A DNA stretch of 64,000 bases. It comes from Alphaproteobacteria bacterium. Lineage in GTDB: Bacteria; Pseudomonadota; Alphaproteobacteria; SP197. The stretch spans positions 800,001 through 864,000 of the forward strand of contig OZ219918.1 of the NCBI GenBank assembly GCA_964291415.2, in the 5' to 3' direction. A program made the translations under genes and the position numbers. The notes under the pieces are model-generated. The model ran no database searches and had not been told where the DNA came from. It saw only the letters and a program-made list of their open reading frames with translations. Positions 31,197 through 44,722 of this stretch are shown piece after piece (within the stretch, counting starts at the first letter, position 1; each line of letters begins with the position of its first letter).

Positions 31197-31988
31197 ATGA
31201 GCGTGATCGGAACGGTGGAGAGCCTGTGGCGCTATCCCGTCAAGAGCATGGCGGGCGAAGAACTGGAACGGGCCTGGCTGGGCTTTGCCGGCATCTACGG
31301 CGATCGGGTTGCCGTCTTCCGGAGCGATCAGGCAAGCCCCGGGTTTCCCTGGCTGACAGCGCGCGAACAGCGCCGCATGCTTCTCATGCGGCCGCGGTTC
31401 CGGGATCCCGTGGCCGCATCGCAGCCGCCCAACCTCGCGGATGCCCTGGCGGAAGCGCCGGGTCTCTCACCTCTCTATGCCGGCCACGAGGCCCTCATGA
31501 TCGATGTCGAACTTCCCGATGGCGAGGTGCTGGCGATCGACGATCCGGCGCTGCTGCACCGCCTCAGGCAACACCTCGGACGCGAACACCGCATCGACCT
31601 GTTGCGCTCCCAACGCGCCTTCACGGACTGCCGGCCGCTTTCCCTCATCTCGACGGCCACGGTGGCCGCCCTCTCGACAGAACTCGGCCGTTCCGTCGAC
31701 AAGCGGCGTTTCCGCGCGAACGTCTATCTCGAACTCGAACGCGAGGGTTCCGTTGCCGAGGACTCGTGGATCGGCCGACGCCTGAAGATCGGCGACAAGG
31801 TCGAAATCTCCATCCTCGAGAAGGATCCCCGCTGCGCCATGATCACACTCGACCCCGACTCGGCAGAGCGTGACCCGTCCATTCTCAACCACGTTCTGAA
31901 AGAACGCGCCGGCACCATGGGTGTCTACGCGGCCGTGCTGGTCGAGGGCATGCTGGAAGCCGGCGCGCCCGTCACGCTCGTCGACTGA
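31197..31988 (+). CDS. MOSC-domain protein
   Basis: RYPVKSM, GDR, RRFRANV, PRCAMIT. Confidence 0.9.
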   Translation: MSVIGTVESLWRYPVKSMAGEELERAWLGFAGIYGDRVAVFRSDQASPGFPWLTAREQRRMLLMRPRFRDPVAASQPPNLADALAEAPGLSPLYAGHEALMIDVELPDGEVLAIDDPALLHRLRQHLGREHRIDLLRSQRAFTDCRPLSLISTATVAALSTELGRSVDKRRFRANVYLELEREGSVAEDSWIGRRLKIGDKVEISILEKDPRCAMITLDPDSAERDPSILNHVLKERAGTMGVYAAVLVEGMLEAGAPVTLVD

Positions 31989-32060
31989 CCCCGCCCTCAC
32001 AAGGGTGGTGAGTGGTTCGTGCAGCGTGTCCCGGATGTTCACGGTTGCGTGGCTTGCTGG

Positions 32061-32270
32061 TCAGAGCGCCTTCCTTGTTCCCTCTTCATCTCGTCGGTGG
32101 AGCCAGTCAGGGACCAGGGCCAATCCAGGTATGCTCGCGGACACCGCCCGCCTCGAAGGCGTGAATGTCCGACCCACGATCAGCGGGCCCACCGCCAGCA
32201 TGAGACCGACAGTGATGGTGAGCAGCCCGGCAATCAAGACGACCGACAGACCCAGACTATCGGAGGCCAT
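32061..32270 (-). CDS. Possible small membrane protein
   Basis: 69 aa, one hydrophobic segment, starts 14 bp after the HAD gene. Confidence 0.3.
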   Translation of the reverse strand: MASDSLGLSVVLIAGLLTITVGLMLAVGPLIVGRTFTPSRRAVSASIPGLALVPDWLHRRDEEGTRKAL

Positions 32271-32284
32271 CTTTCCCCGGCGCT

Positions 32285-33058
32285 TCAGGCGGTGCGGCGC
32301 TGCAAGATCCAGTCGGCCGCCGCCGCCATGTCGTCGACAACGGCCGTCGGCGGTGGATCGACGGCGGTTTCGGCGCCATGGCGGTACTTTCCCGTTCTGA
32401 CCAGGATGCCGTGACCGAGACCCGCGGCCAGTGCGCCGGCGACATCCATCTCGGCGTCGTCGCCGACCATCGCCGCATGGGCCGCCGGACAGCCCGCGCT
32501 CCGTGTCGCAGCCGAGAAGAACGCCGCAGAGGGCTTGCCCAGGACAACTGCCCGGCGCCGCGTTGCGTATTCCAGGGCAGCGACGAATGCTCCGGCGTCG
32601 AGGCTCAGTTCGCCATCTTCGTCCTCGAAGGTCCGGTTGGTGGCGAGCGCAAGGAAATCGGCGCCGCCGGCGAGCGCGCGGAACGCCGCATTCATCGTGT
32701 CGTAGGTGAAGGCGCGACCCGCGTCGCCAACGATGACCGCAGCCCCCTTTTCCCCGCCGAGGCCGCGAAAATCGTCCTCCAGATCGGGATGGATCAGCAG
32801 ATGGAGCGACAGGCCGCGGCCTTCGAGCCAGGCGCGGGCGGCCGCCGCAGGTGTGAGGAGTTCGTCCTCGTCGACAGCAAGCCCGAGGGACCGGACGCGT
32901 TGGAGCAGCACGCGCCTCGAAGACCTCGTCGTGTTCGTCAGGAACCGCACCGGCAGGCCGGCCGCCCTGAGGCGCGCCACGGCATCCACCGCCCCCGGCA
33001 AGGCATGGTCGCCTTCATAGATCACGCCGGACAGATCAAGCAGGACGACGTCGATCAT
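32285..33058 (-). CDS. HAD-IIA hydrolase (LHPP/HDHD2-like)
   Basis: LLDLSGV, LTNTT, GKPS, MVGDD, VRTGKY. Confidence 0.9.
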   Translation of the reverse strand: MIDVVLLDLSGVIYEGDHALPGAVDAVARLRAAGLPVRFLTNTTRSSRRVLLQRVRSLGLAVDEDELLTPAAAARAWLEGRGLSLHLLIHPDLEDDFRGLGGEKGAAVIVGDAGRAFTYDTMNAAFRALAGGADFLALATNRTFEDEDGELSLDAGAFVAALEYATRRRAVVLGKPSAAFFSAATRSAGCPAAHAAMVGDDAEMDVAGALAAGLGHGILVRTGKYRHGAETAVDPPPTAVVDDMAAAADWILQRRTA

Positions 33059-33192
33059 GAATCGAGGATGCCAAGGCTTCCGGAGACAGTCAATTTGACA
33101 GGACGCGACGCTGAATCAGGCTGTTCCTGGCTGGTCTGTCGTCTGCCCGGGAGAGGAACGATGTGCGACGCGACCATGAGGGCATATCTGTG

Positions 33193-33379
33193 ATGCCTGG
33201 CCCGCTCGCCGTGCCGCTGCGGGCGGGTCTGCCGTTCAGCTTCGTCACTGGCGCTCTGGCCGATTCTCTTCGCCTTCGGCAACGCGGCAATTCTCAACAT
33301 GCTGCCGTCGCGCATCGTCCCGTTGATGACGAACTACCTGCTCTTGGCCATCCCGCTTTTCATCTTCATGGCCTGGGTC
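33193..33379 (+). pseudogene. TRAP transporter large permease (DctM) N-terminal remnant
   Basis: Two frames read GLPFSFVTGALA and NMLPSRIVPLMTNYLLLAIPLFIFMA. Confidence 0.6.
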
Positions 33380-33434
33380 CGGCACGGCTCTGCTTGAAGA
33401 TGGAGACCGACGACTGCGCCGCGATTCAAAAGGG

Positions 33435-34579
33435 TCAGGCCGACGCGATCTCGGCCATGGTCCTGATGAGCGGGGCGTAGAAGTCGGGATCGTAGGCGTC
33501 CTTGTCCTCCAGAACGCTGAAGTAGACGACGGCCGTGTCCGTGTCGGGGTTGGCGAGCGCGAACTGGCCGCCGTAGCCGCCGTGGCCGAGCCAGACCCCG
33601 TCAGTCATGGTCTGGCGGCTGTAGCGCATGAAGTCGCGTGGCTCGGCCATGGGCGGTCCCGGATCGCGCCTGGTGTCCTCGATGAAGGCGGCATCGCCCA
33701 CGCGACGGCCGTCGACACCCTCGCCGCCGCGCGCGAAGAGCAGGGTGAGGCGGGCGAGATCGCGCGCGGTGAGGCAGGCGCCACCGTCGATCAGCGCCAC
33801 GCCCTCGCGGTCGCAGGTGACGTGGTAGCAGCCTTCCAGGCCTGCGGCCTCGACGATCTCGATCAGCCATTCGCGGAGCGGCCTGCCGCTCGCCCGCTCG
33901 ATCAGCCAGGCCAGAGCGTCCGTGTTGGTCGACTTGTAGAGCATGGCGCCCGTGCGGTTCTCGAGATCGCCGCCGGTGACGGCGGCGACGAACTGCCGGA
34001 TGGTCTGCTCCTGCGTCCCTCCGGCGGCAGGCGCCAGCCCATGGCGGATTCCATGGCGAAACTTCCGGTGTGGGGGTCGGTATAGTCTTCCGCGTAATCG
34101 TTGGCGACGTTCATGTCGGCGGTGTCCCGCACGCTCGCCCCTGCATAGCCGCTGCCCAGCTCCGGCAGATAGCTTCCCATCGTGCGAGACATGTCGACCA
34201 GTCCGTCTGCGACCGCGCGGCCCAGCATGAGGTTGACGGCCATCTTCGTGATTGACTGGATCGAATGGGGACGGTCCGGCCCGAAGTCGGGCGCATAGGC
34301 CTCGTAGATCACGTGCTCGCCGCGCACGACAACGAAGGCGGAGAAGTGCGGCGCCTCGAGAATCTCTGCGACGCCGGGATGGCGGCGTATGGTCCAGTCG
34401 ATGCGCTTGTAGAGTGGCAGAACGCAAGGCGAGCGGAACGACAGGGCGTAGCGCGTGTGGGTGTGGAGACCGTGGAAGCCCCGCCTGCGCGTGTCGGGCT
34501 GGTTCCAGCGCGCCTTGTTGTCGCGCCCGGTGACGAGATCCGGATTGGGAATGCCCTGGATGGTCATGTCCGTGTCCAT
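33435..34579 (-). pseudogene. Beta-lactamase-family serine hydrolase (NylB-like) with a -1 frameshift (possibly a sequencing error)
   Basis: SITK, YKSTN, GHGGYGGQ; adding one base to the C run at 34017-34019 restores a 381-aa ORF. Confidence 0.8.
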
Positions 34580-34955
34580 TCCTCCGCCCATTCTGCATCC
34601 ACCATGCCAGATGCCGATGCCGGAGACCAGCGTGCGAGGCGGCGTTAAGCGATCGGCATGAGCGGCTGGATCGAAACGACTGCCAGCGAACGGCGTCGCT
34701 CAACTTCGCCAGACATGCCACATTGGTCAGGCAAACAGGATTGCGTGGATACCTGTGGCTGAACATTCAAGACAGGGATTGTCTGGTAGCCCGAACCGAG
34801 GTTGGCGGCAACATCCGGCTCGATGGTCACGCGATGCCGGCTGTCGTTCGCGGTGCTTGGCAACGCTCAGGCTCCTGATGTCCTTGCCCTGCACAGGCGG
34901 TCGGTCCCGCGGTCTCGGTCGACGCTATGATGGGCCAGCAAGGGAGGGTCTCGCG

Positions 34956-36005
34956 ATGGCGGGCGACATTCATCCTGACATGAACCATCTGCTCAGGGCC
35001 CGCGACGCCGCCGGCGCCAAGGGAGAGAGCGCCGAGGAACAGCGTCCCTTCGCTTCTGGACGTCCTACACCCGCGCGCTCAACGAGCGGCATCCCGACGA
35101 CATGGATGTGTGGGACGAGCGGGTCGAGACCCCGGAGCACGACTGGTACACCTCGTCAGGGCCCGCGACGCCGCCGGCGCCAAGGGAGAGAGCCCTCACT
35201 GACGACTTCGAGACCCCGGAGCACGCGGTCCCCGTCAGAATCTATCGACCCTCGTCAGAATCTATCGCGGCTGGCAGCGCGGCCGGCTCCCGCCATTGTC
35301 TACCTTCACGGTGGCGGATTCATGCTGGGCGACCTCGACAGTTCCGATACCATCGCCTGGGGTTTCGCCCAGGAAACCGGCGCGCTCGTGGTCTCGGTGG
35401 ACTACCGGCTCACGCCCGAGCATCCGTATCCGGCCGCCGTGAACGACAGCTGGAACACCCTGCTCTGGCTGCAGGCCGAAGCGGGGCGTCTGGGGATCGA
35501 TCCCCGGCGCATTGCCGTCGCCGGAGACAGCGCAGGCGGCAACCTGGGCGCCGTGATGGCGCTCAAGGCACGCGACACCGGTGCCGTCACGCTCGCCGGT
35601 GTCGCCATCATCTATCCAGCGACGGGTCTCGATCAGGACGCGCCAAGCTATCTGGAGCACGCCGACGGACCAGGCCTGACGCGCGACGGCACCATCAAGT
35701 ACCGCGATCTCTATCTCGCCGGGAACCACGACACCGATGACGCCTATGCGCGGCCGATCATGGCCGAAAGCCTCGCCGGTCTCGCCCCCTTCTGGGTCCA
35801 TTCCGCCGAGATCGATCCCATCCGCGACGATGGCCGTCTGTTCGCCGCCAGGATGGCGCGGGATGGCGGCGATGTGACCTACCGCGAGGCGCGCGGCATG
35901 ATCCATGGCTTCATGCGCGCCCGCATGCGGGGCGAGGCCGCACGTCGCGAATACGCGCTCATCTGTCGCTTCCTGCGCCATTGCCTCGGATGTGGCGACC
36001 ACTGA
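34956..36005 (+). CDS. HSL-family alpha/beta hydrolase with a scrambled N-terminal region
   Basis: HGGG, GDSAG, DPIRDDG, HGF; residues ~30-105 are read out of the ancestral frame because of insertions. Confidence 0.75.
   Translation: MAGDIHPDMNHLLRARDAAGAKGESAEEQRPFASGRPTPARSTSGIPTTWMCGTSGSRPRSTTGTPRQGPRRRRRQGREPSLTTSRPRSTRSPSESIDPRQNLSRLAARPAPAIVYLHGGGFMLGDLDSSDTIAWGFAQETGALVVSVDYRLTPEHPYPAAVNDSWNTLLWLQAEAGRLGIDPRRIAVAGDSAGGNLGAVMALKARDTGAVTLAGVAIIYPATGLDQDAPSYLEHADGPGLTRDGTIKYRDLYLAGNHDTDDAYARPIMAESLAGLAPFWVHSAEIDPIRDDGRLFAARMARDGGDVTYREARGMIHGFMRARMRGEAARREYALICRFLRHCLGCGDH
34993..35267 (+). repeat. Mosaic of three short exact duplications
   Basis: 38 bp (34993-35030 = 35156-35193), 18 bp (35124-35141 = 35208-35225), 15 bp (35233-35247 = 35253-35267). 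Confidence 0.9.
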
Positions 36006-36040
36006 TCCGATGTGGCGGGAGGTGTTCCGGAAGACGTTCT

Positions 36041-36215
36041 CTCAAGCCGCAGCGCCGGGATGCCTGCCACCAGACCATTGAGCAACGCGCCGGATGGGCC
36101 GCGGAACCCGCCAGGCCGGAACAGTCGATCAATGCCGATCAGGAAATCGGGCGTGACGTCCTTGAGACAGGAAGGGACCGGAGGGCATCCAGAACCAGGC
36201 GCGTTCCGCGTTCAT
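36041..36215 (-). pseudogene. Possible branched-chain amino acid ABC permease (LivM) remnant
   Basis: Only a short motif, LLNGLVAGIPALRL. Confidence 0.3.
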
Positions 36216-36358
36216 GAGGCTTGTGTGCAGCGTATCGTGTCCGGGGGTCGAACTGTGAACTGAACGTTCGCGGGCACAAGCCGCAATTCGCGGGGAACAA
36301 GCGGCGCCCGGGTCGAAGGGGTCACCGATTGCAGGGATGGTGTCCTTGACTGGCGGGA

Positions 36359-37633
36359 TCACAGGGGCTCAAGGCCGCACCAGTCGGCGATGAAGCGGGC
36401 GATTGCGCGGGTGACCTGGCGGCACGAGTCGAGACTGACCCTCTCGTCGAAGCCGTGAATGTTCTCGGCAAGAGGGCCGTAGACCAGTGCAGGGATGCCG
36501 GCGTAGAGACCGAAGAAACGGGCGTCGGTGGTGCCGGTGAGAGAACGTGTTTCAAGGTCTTTGCCGAAGACCTGCCTGTGGCTTTCGGCAAGCACGGCCT
36601 CGGCATCGCTTCCCTCTTCGAGAACGTACCCTTCCGCCTGGAATCCGTCCCACACGACCTCCGGGGGATTGTTGGCAAGAAATGCGTCGTCGCGGGCGGC
36701 CCGTGCGATGCAGTCCTCGACTTCGTCGCGGGCCCGAGCGAGATCGGTTCCGGGAAACACGCCCACTCTCATGTCGAAGCGGCACCATGCCGGGACGCTC
36801 GACGCCCAGTCTCCGCCCTCGATGCGGCCGACATTGAAATTGAGCGGGTGGGTCATGCCGGCATAGCGTTCGTGACCGGCAGCGTTCCACTTTTCCTCGA
36901 GCGCGTGGAGGGCGCCAACCAGCCGCCAGGCGGCCTCGATGGCATTGGCGCCGCTTCCGGCATAGGCAACATGAACGGGATGCCCGCGCACGTGGCACTG
37001 GAACCACATGACGCCGACCTGGGATCTCAGCAGGCCATGGCCCAGGGGTTCGGGGATGAGTGCGGCATCGGCGTGGTAGCCGCGCTGGCGACAGGCAAGC
37101 GCCCCGTTGCCCGTACTCTCCTCCTCGATCACGGCCTCGATGGTGACATCCGATGCCGGGCGAAAACCGGCACGCCTGATGGCATCGAGGGCGAAGAGTC
37201 CGCAGACCCAGCCCGCCTTCATGTCGCCGGCGCCACGGCCGTGCATCCAGCCATCCTTCACCACGGGCTCGAAGGGAGGTGTCGACCACATGTCGTGCGG
37301 CCCTTCGGGCACGACATCGATGTGGCCGTTGATGATCAGGGAGCGTCCACCGGGGGCGGGTCTGCGCATCGTGCCGACGCTGACCCAGGCGTCGTCGTAT
37401 CCGTCCAGTTTCGGCGAATATCCCGGCAGGTTGCGAATGTCCTCGTTTCTGATCTGCCAGCGGTCGACGGCAAATCCCCGTGCCGCCAGGGCGCGGGCGA
37501 TGAAATCCTGGGCGGTCGCCTCCCGTCCCCTCACGGAGGGCAGACGGACGAGGTCGCCGGTGAAGGCGACCTGTTCGTCAAAGCCCGCCTCGACGGCCGC
37601 ATCGAGCCGCGTTCCCGTATCGTTGTCGATCAT
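36359..37633 (-). CDS. M20 ArgE/DapE-family deacylase
   Basis: [24 protein letters not shown]. Confidence 0.92.
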   Translation of the reverse strand: MIDNDTGTRLDAAVEAGFDEQVAFTGDLVRLPSVRGREATAQDFIARALAARGFAVDRWQIRNEDIRNLPGYSPKLDGYDDAWVSVGTMRRPAPGGRSLIINGHIDVVPEGPHDMWSTPPFEPVVKDGWMHGRGAGDMKAGWVCGLFALDAIRRAGFRPASDVTIEAVIEEESTGNGALACRQRGYHADAALIPEPLGHGLLRSQVGVMWFQCHVRGHPVHVAYAGSGANAIEAAWRLVGALHALEEKWNAAGHERYAGMTHPLNFNVGRIEGGDWASSVPAWCRFDMRVGVFPGTDLARARDEVEDCIARAARDDAFLANNPPEVVWDGFQAEGYVLEEGSDAEAVLAESHRQVFGKDLETRSLTGTTDARFFGLYAGIPALVYGPLAENIHGFDERVSLDSCRQVTRAIARFIADWCGLEPL

Positions 37634-39123
37634 GTGCTTTCTCCCGGCCTCTCCACGAGTGTGCGTCGCACCGCATCCTGCCAGCCCCGGTAGAGCCTGT
37701 CGGCCTCGGCGCGTTCCATGGCCGGCATGAAACGCCTGTCGCCCTGCCAGGAGTTGGCGAAGTTCTCCATGTCCGGCCATACGCCGGCCTGGTGTCCGGC
37801 AAGCCAGGCGACGCCGAGCGCGGTCGCCTCGACGTTCGCCATCCGGTCGACCGGCATGGCGAGGATGTCGGCAAGAAACTGCATGGCGATGTCGTTGGCG
37901 CTCATGCCGCCATCGACCCGCACGATTGCTTTGTCGCCAACGGATGTCTGGTCATCAAGCATGGCGCCGAGGAGATCGCGCACCTGGTAGGCGAGACTCT
38001 CGAGAGCGGCGCGCACCAGTTCGGCCCTGCCGCTCGCCCGGGTCAGTCCATGGATGGCGCCGCGGCATTCGGCATCCCACCAGGGCGCGCCGAGACCGGT
38101 GAAGGCCGGTACCAGGTAGGGCGTGTGAAGCGGATCGGCAGCATCGGCGAGTGCCGGGGTCTCACCGGCATCGGCGATGATGCCGAGGCCGTCGCGCAGC
38201 CATTGGACGACCGTACCGGCGTTGAAGATCGATCCTTCAAGCGCGAAGCAGCGTTCGCCGGCGAGCTGCCAGGCGACCGTCGTCAACAGCCGCCTCTGCG
38301 AGATCACCGGCTCGCTGCCGATGTTGAGAAGGGCAAAGCAGCCGGTCCCGCAGGTCACCTTCATCATCCCCGGCCGGAAGCAGGCCTGACCGATGGAAGC
38401 CGCCTGCTGGTCGCCGGCCACCCCGCGAATGGGGATGTTGCCGATCACCGAGGTGCCATAGTCGCCGGCGCAGTCCCGCACGTCGGCCAGCATGGATTCC
38501 GGCACCCCGAGAAGGCGGCAGAGATCGTCGTCCCAGCGCCCTTCGCGGATGTTGTAGAGCATGGTGCGCGAGGCATTGGTGGCGTCGGTGGCGTGGACCT
38601 CGCCGCCGGTCAGGTGCCACAGCAGGAAACTGTCGATGGTGCCGGCCAGGAGTTCGCCGCGCCCGGCGCGTTCCCTGGCGCCTTCGACGTGATCCAGAAT
38701 CCAGGCGATCTTGGTGCCCGAGAAATAGGGATCCGGCAGCAGGCCCGTGCGCTCGGCAATCATCGTGGCGTGACCTTCGGCGGCAAGGCGGCGGCACAGG
38801 CCGGAGGTTCTGCGGTCCTGCCAGACAATCGCCGGGGCGACCGGTCGGCCGGTGGCGCGATCCCAGACGACCACGGTCTCCCGCTGGTTGGTGATGCCCA
38901 TGGCGGCGATGGACGTGGAGGCGGCTCCGGACTCGGCCAGCACCGTGCGCAGGACCTCGATGCTGGTTGCGAGGATGTCGTCGGGATCCTGTTCAACCCA
39001 GCCGGGCTGCGGAAAGCATGACCTGGTCTCCGCACTTGCCTGGCACACGCCGCGCCGGTCGCCGTCGTGAAGAATGGCGCGACTCGATGTCGTGCTCTGG
39101 TCGAGTGCAACAATGAATGTCAC
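37630..39123 (-). CDS. glpK: Glycerol kinase
   Basis: [49 protein letters not shown]. Confidence 0.88.
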   Translation of the reverse strand: MTFIVALDQSTTSSRAILHDGDRRGVCQASAETRSCFPQPGWVEQDPDDILATSIEVLRTVLAESGAASTSIAAMGITNQRETVVVWDRATGRPVAPAIVWQDRRTSGLCRRLAAEGHATMIAERTGLLPDPYFSGTKIAWILDHVEGARERAGRGELLAGTIDSFLLWHLTGGEVHATDATNASRTMLYNIREGRWDDDLCRLLGVPESMLADVRDCAGDYGTSVIGNIPIRGVAGDQQAASIGQACFRPGMMKVTCGTGCFALLNIGSEPVISQRRLLTTVAWQLAGERCFALEGSIFNAGTVVQWLRDGLGIIADAGETPALADAADPLHTPYLVPAFTGLGAPWWDAECRGAIHGLTRASGRAELVRAALESLAYQVRDLLGAMLDDQTSVGDKAIVRVDGGMSANDIAMQFLADILAMPVDRMANVEATALGVAWLAGHQAGVWPDMENFANSWQGDRRFMPAMERAEADRLYRGWQDAVRRTLVERPGEST

Positions 39124-39205
39124 CCTTGCATGCCCCCCGCCATCTTCCGGGATGCTATCCCGGCCGACGGCACCCCGCCAATGAACATCCGGAGGCAAGA
39201 GGCCC

Positions 39206-41272
39206 ATGAGTCGTGATCCGCAGTACGACATCCTGTTCGAACCGGTGGCCATAGGACCGGTCACGGCACGCAATCGGTTCTATCAGGTGCCGCACTGCAA
39301 CGGCATGGGAACCCACTATCCCAGCGCCATGGCGGCCATGCGCGGCATGAAGGCCGAGGGCGGCTGGGCGGTGGTCTCCACGGAGGAGTGCGACTTCCAT
39401 CACACCGGAGACATCACGCCGGCCATCGAAGCCCGCCTGTGGACCCGCCAGGACATTCCGATCATGGCAAGAATGGTCGAAAGCGTGAAACGCCACGGTG
39501 CGCTGGCGGCATGTGAACTGGTCTATGGCGGCATGGCCGGTCACAATCGCCTGTCGCGCGAGGTGGCGATGGCGCCGGTTGCCATTCCCCTGCAGGACGG
39601 TGATCCGGGCCAGGCGCGAGCCATGGATCATTCCGACATCGCCCGGTTCCGCCATTGGCACCGTCAGGCCGTTCTCCGGGCAAGGGAAGCCGGTTTCGAC
39701 ATCGTCTATGTCTACGCCGGGCACAACCTGTGCCTGCTGCAGCACTTCCTGTCGCGCCGCTACAACACGCGGACCGACGAGTACGGTGGATCGATCGAAA
39801 ACCGGGTACGCCTGATTCGCGAGGTTCTCGAGGACACGAAGGAGGCGGTCGGCGATACCATGGGCGTTGCCCTGCGCCTGGCGGTCGATGAACTGGAAGG
39901 CGATGAAGGCATCACGTCGCAGGGTGACGGCCGCGCCGCGGTGGAGTTGCTGGCCGATCTGCCGGATCTCTGGGATGTCAACCTCAGCGAATGGGAAAAC
40001 GACAGCCAGACGGCCCGCTTTGCCGAAGAGGGGTTCCAGGAGGACCATACGTCCTGGGTCAAGCAGGTGACGGGCAAGCCGGTGGTTACGGTGGGCCGCT
40101 ACACGTCTGTCGACCGCATGGCGAGCCTGGTCAGGCGCGGCCTCACGGATTTCATCGGTGCCGCCCGGCCATCGATCGCCGATCCCTTCCTTCCGAGAAA
40201 GATCGAAGAGGGGCGCATCGACGACATCCGCGAATGCATCGGCTGCAACATCTGTGTTTCGGCGGACTTCATGTCCATGCCCATGCGCTGCACCCAGAAC
40301 CCGACCACGGGCGAGGAGTGGCGTCGCGGCTGGCACCCTGAAGAAGCCGCCCCCCGGGGCAGCGATTCAAGCGTTCTCGTGGTCGGTGGCGGGCCCGCCG
40401 GTCTCGAGGCGGCCCGAACGCTCGGGGAACGCGGCTACAAGGTGACGCTGGCCGAGGCCGGTGACGAACTTGGAGGCCACCTGAGGACGCTGACGCGGCT
40501 TCCGGGGCTTTCCAGCTGGATGAGGGTGCGCGACTGGAGAGTCGGCCAGCTGCACAAGCTCGCCAACGTCGACATCTACCCGGGAAGCGAACTCTCCGGC
40601 GACGACATCGAGGGGTTCGGTTTCGACCATGTCGCCATCGCCACCGGTTCGCTCTGGCGCCGGGACGGCGTGGGCCGTTCGCATCGTCGGCCGATCGATG
40701 GAGCGGGATCCGCCGGTGTGCTGTCCCCCGACGACGTCATGGCGGGTGTCGACCTCGCCGATCCGGTGGTCATCTTCGATGACGACCATTACTTCATGGC
40801 CGGCGTGCTCGCCGAGGTTGCCGTCTCTCAAGGTCGAAGGACGATCTACGTCACACCATCGGCCGACGTCGCTTCCTGGACCCATTTCACCATGGAGCAG
40901 GGACGGATCCAGGCGCGCCTCCTCTCGCTCGGCGTCGAACTCGTCCCGGGCCACGACCTGGCCGCCATCGGGAACGGAACGGTTGATGTCGCCTGTGTCT
41001 ACACCGGTCGCCGGCGTCAACTGGAGAGCGGATCGGTCGTTCTCGTCACCATGCGCGATCCGAAGGACGAGCTCGTGATCGCGCTCGCCGACGCCCCTCG
41101 GGAGGGTGTCGTCAGAAGTGTGACCGCCATCGGTGACTGCCTGGCGCCGGGACTTCTTGCAGCGGCCGTCTACAGCGGACACCGCTATGCCCGGGAACTC
41201 GACACGGACGTGCCTGTCGATTCGCCGCCGTTTCGCAGGGAAGTGGTGGAACTGTCCGGCGACTGGCCCTGA
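39206..41272 (+). CDS. Histamine/trimethylamine dehydrogenase-family flavoprotein
   Basis: [11 protein letters not shown] (cysteinyl-FMN Cys), ECIGCNIC-x11-C [4Fe-4S] motif, [19 protein letters not shown]. Confidence 0.9.
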   Translation: MSRDPQYDILFEPVAIGPVTARNRFYQVPHCNGMGTHYPSAMAAMRGMKAEGGWAVVSTEECDFHHTGDITPAIEARLWTRQDIPIMARMVESVKRHGALAACELVYGGMAGHNRLSREVAMAPVAIPLQDGDPGQARAMDHSDIARFRHWHRQAVLRAREAGFDIVYVYAGHNLCLLQHFLSRRYNTRTDEYGGSIENRVRLIREVLEDTKEAVGDTMGVALRLAVDELEGDEGITSQGDGRAAVELLADLPDLWDVNLSEWENDSQTARFAEEGFQEDHTSWVKQVTGKPVVTVGRYTSVDRMASLVRRGLTDFIGAARPSIADPFLPRKIEEGRIDDIRECIGCNICVSADFMSMPMRCTQNPTTGEEWRRGWHPEEAAPRGSDSSVLVVGGGPAGLEAARTLGERGYKVTLAEAGDELGGHLRTLTRLPGLSSWMRVRDWRVGQLHKLANVDIYPGSELSGDDIEGFGFDHVAIATGSLWRRDGVGRSHRRPIDGAGSAGVLSPDDVMAGVDLADPVVIFDDDHYFMAGVLAEVAVSQGRRTIYVTPSADVASWTHFTMEQGRIQARLLSLGVELVPGHDLAAIGNGTVDVACVYTGRRRQLESGSVVLVTMRDPKDELVIALADAPREGVVRSVTAIGDCLAPGLLAAAVYSGHRYARELDTDVPVDSPPFRREVVELSGDWP

Positions 41273-41333
41273 TTCCTTGCGGTGGCCCGATCAAGCCACT
41301 ATCCATTCCGACTTGTCCCTCCCGGGTGCGCCG

Positions 41334-42487
41334 ATGGATTTTGCCCTTTCGCAAGAGCAGTCGATGATCGTCGACACGGTGCGCCGTTTTGTCGCCGAGG
41401 AACTCGTTCCCCACGAGGACGAGGTCGAACGCACCGACGACGTGCCGGCGGCCCTCATCCGGCAGATTCGCCAGCGGGCCATCGACAAGGGGCTCTATGC
41501 CATCAACATGCCGGCGGAACTCGGTGGCGGCGGACTCGATGCCCTTGCCGTGTCGCTGTGCGAGATCGAACTCGGTCACACGGCCTTTGCCCTGCAGTAT
41601 GCGGTGGCCCGTCCATCCAATATCCTGCGCGCCTGCACGGGCTGGCAGGTCTCCCGCTACCTGCTTCCGACCATTCGCGGCGAGCGTGTCGAGTGCCTGG
41701 CCATGACCGAACCCGGCGCCGGTTCCGACCTGCGCTCCATGACCACGCGGGCACGGCGCCAGGGAGAGGACTTCATCATCAATGGTACCAAGCATTTCAT
41801 CAGCTATGCGGATGTGGCCGACTATGTGGTGCTGTTCGCCAGGACGGGCGATGAAGGGGGCATCACCAGTTTTCTCGTCGACAAGGACACTCCCGGTTTC
41901 GAGGTGCGCCCCGGGGGCGAGAGCGTCTCGCACAGAGGCTTCCACCACGCCGAACTGGTGTTCACGGACTGTCGGGTTCACCAGCGGCACATCCTCGGGG
42001 AGGAACACCGGGGATTCGACGTGGCGCGCGAGTGGCTGGGCGCCACCAGGCTCACTGTCGCGGCGCAGTGCGTCGGCCGGGCCCGGCGGGTGCTCTCCAT
42101 GGCTGCCGGGTGGGCCGGTACGAGACGCCAGTTTGGCCGCACCATCGGCAGGTTCCAGGGAACCTCGTTCAAGCTTGCCGACATGCTGACCGAAATCGAG
42201 GCGGCGGAACTCCTGGTTCTGCGGGCAGCGGACCGGGAAGGGCGCGGTTGTGCCACCGACCGTGACTTCGCCATGGCGAAACTCTACGCCAGTGAAATGC
42301 TGGGCCGGGTGACGGACCACGCGGTGCAGATCTTTGGCGGCATGGGTCTCATGAAGGAGTTCGCTGTGGAGCGATTCTGGCGTGATGCCCGCATCGAGCG
42401 AATCTGGGATGGCACCAGCGAGATCCAGCGTCATATTCTCTCGCGCTCGCTGCTTCGCGAGCATGAAACATCACAAGGAGCAGGGTA

Positions 42488-42488
<1 letters not shown>
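41334..42488 (+). CDS. Acyl-CoA dehydrogenase
   Basis: AMTEPGAGSD, NGTKHFIS, RRQFG, QIFGGMG, IWDGTSEIQR. Confidence 0.93.
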
Positions 42489-44495
<2,007 letters not shown>

Positions 44496-44496
44496 C

Positions 44497-44653
44497 CGGT
44501 CCCTGTGCCTGCATCACCTTCACCACCTCAAAGGCCTGCGGTAGGCTGGTAATCGTCACAGCTTGCTGTGGCATCGGGGTGCTCCTTCTTGCGGTTGTCG
44601 TGAACCACACGGAGTACCCCACTCCTACCTGACACATAAATGCCTACGTCACC
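44497..44653 (-). mobile_element. Truncated IS end with the first ~25 codons of a probable IS256 transposase
   Basis: End GGTGACGTAGGCATTTATGTGTCA; hairpin GGGGTACTCC...GGAGCACCCC covering the RBS; ATG 44574 reads MPQQAVTITSLPQAFEVVKVMQAQG; family assignment is from memory. Confidence 0.5.
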
Positions 44654-44722
44654 CAGGGATCCCGACGCTTTCCTGACGTGTCGCATGACTGTAGGATCGG
44701 GGCACTCGATGGAGGGTGACGC

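Noticed and set aside
34993-35267. Possible mini-CRISPR or DGR template/variable repeat
   Set aside because: The repeats are three different exact copies of local coding sequence, with no regular spacing, no A-specific mismatches, and no cas or reverse transcriptase gene nearby.
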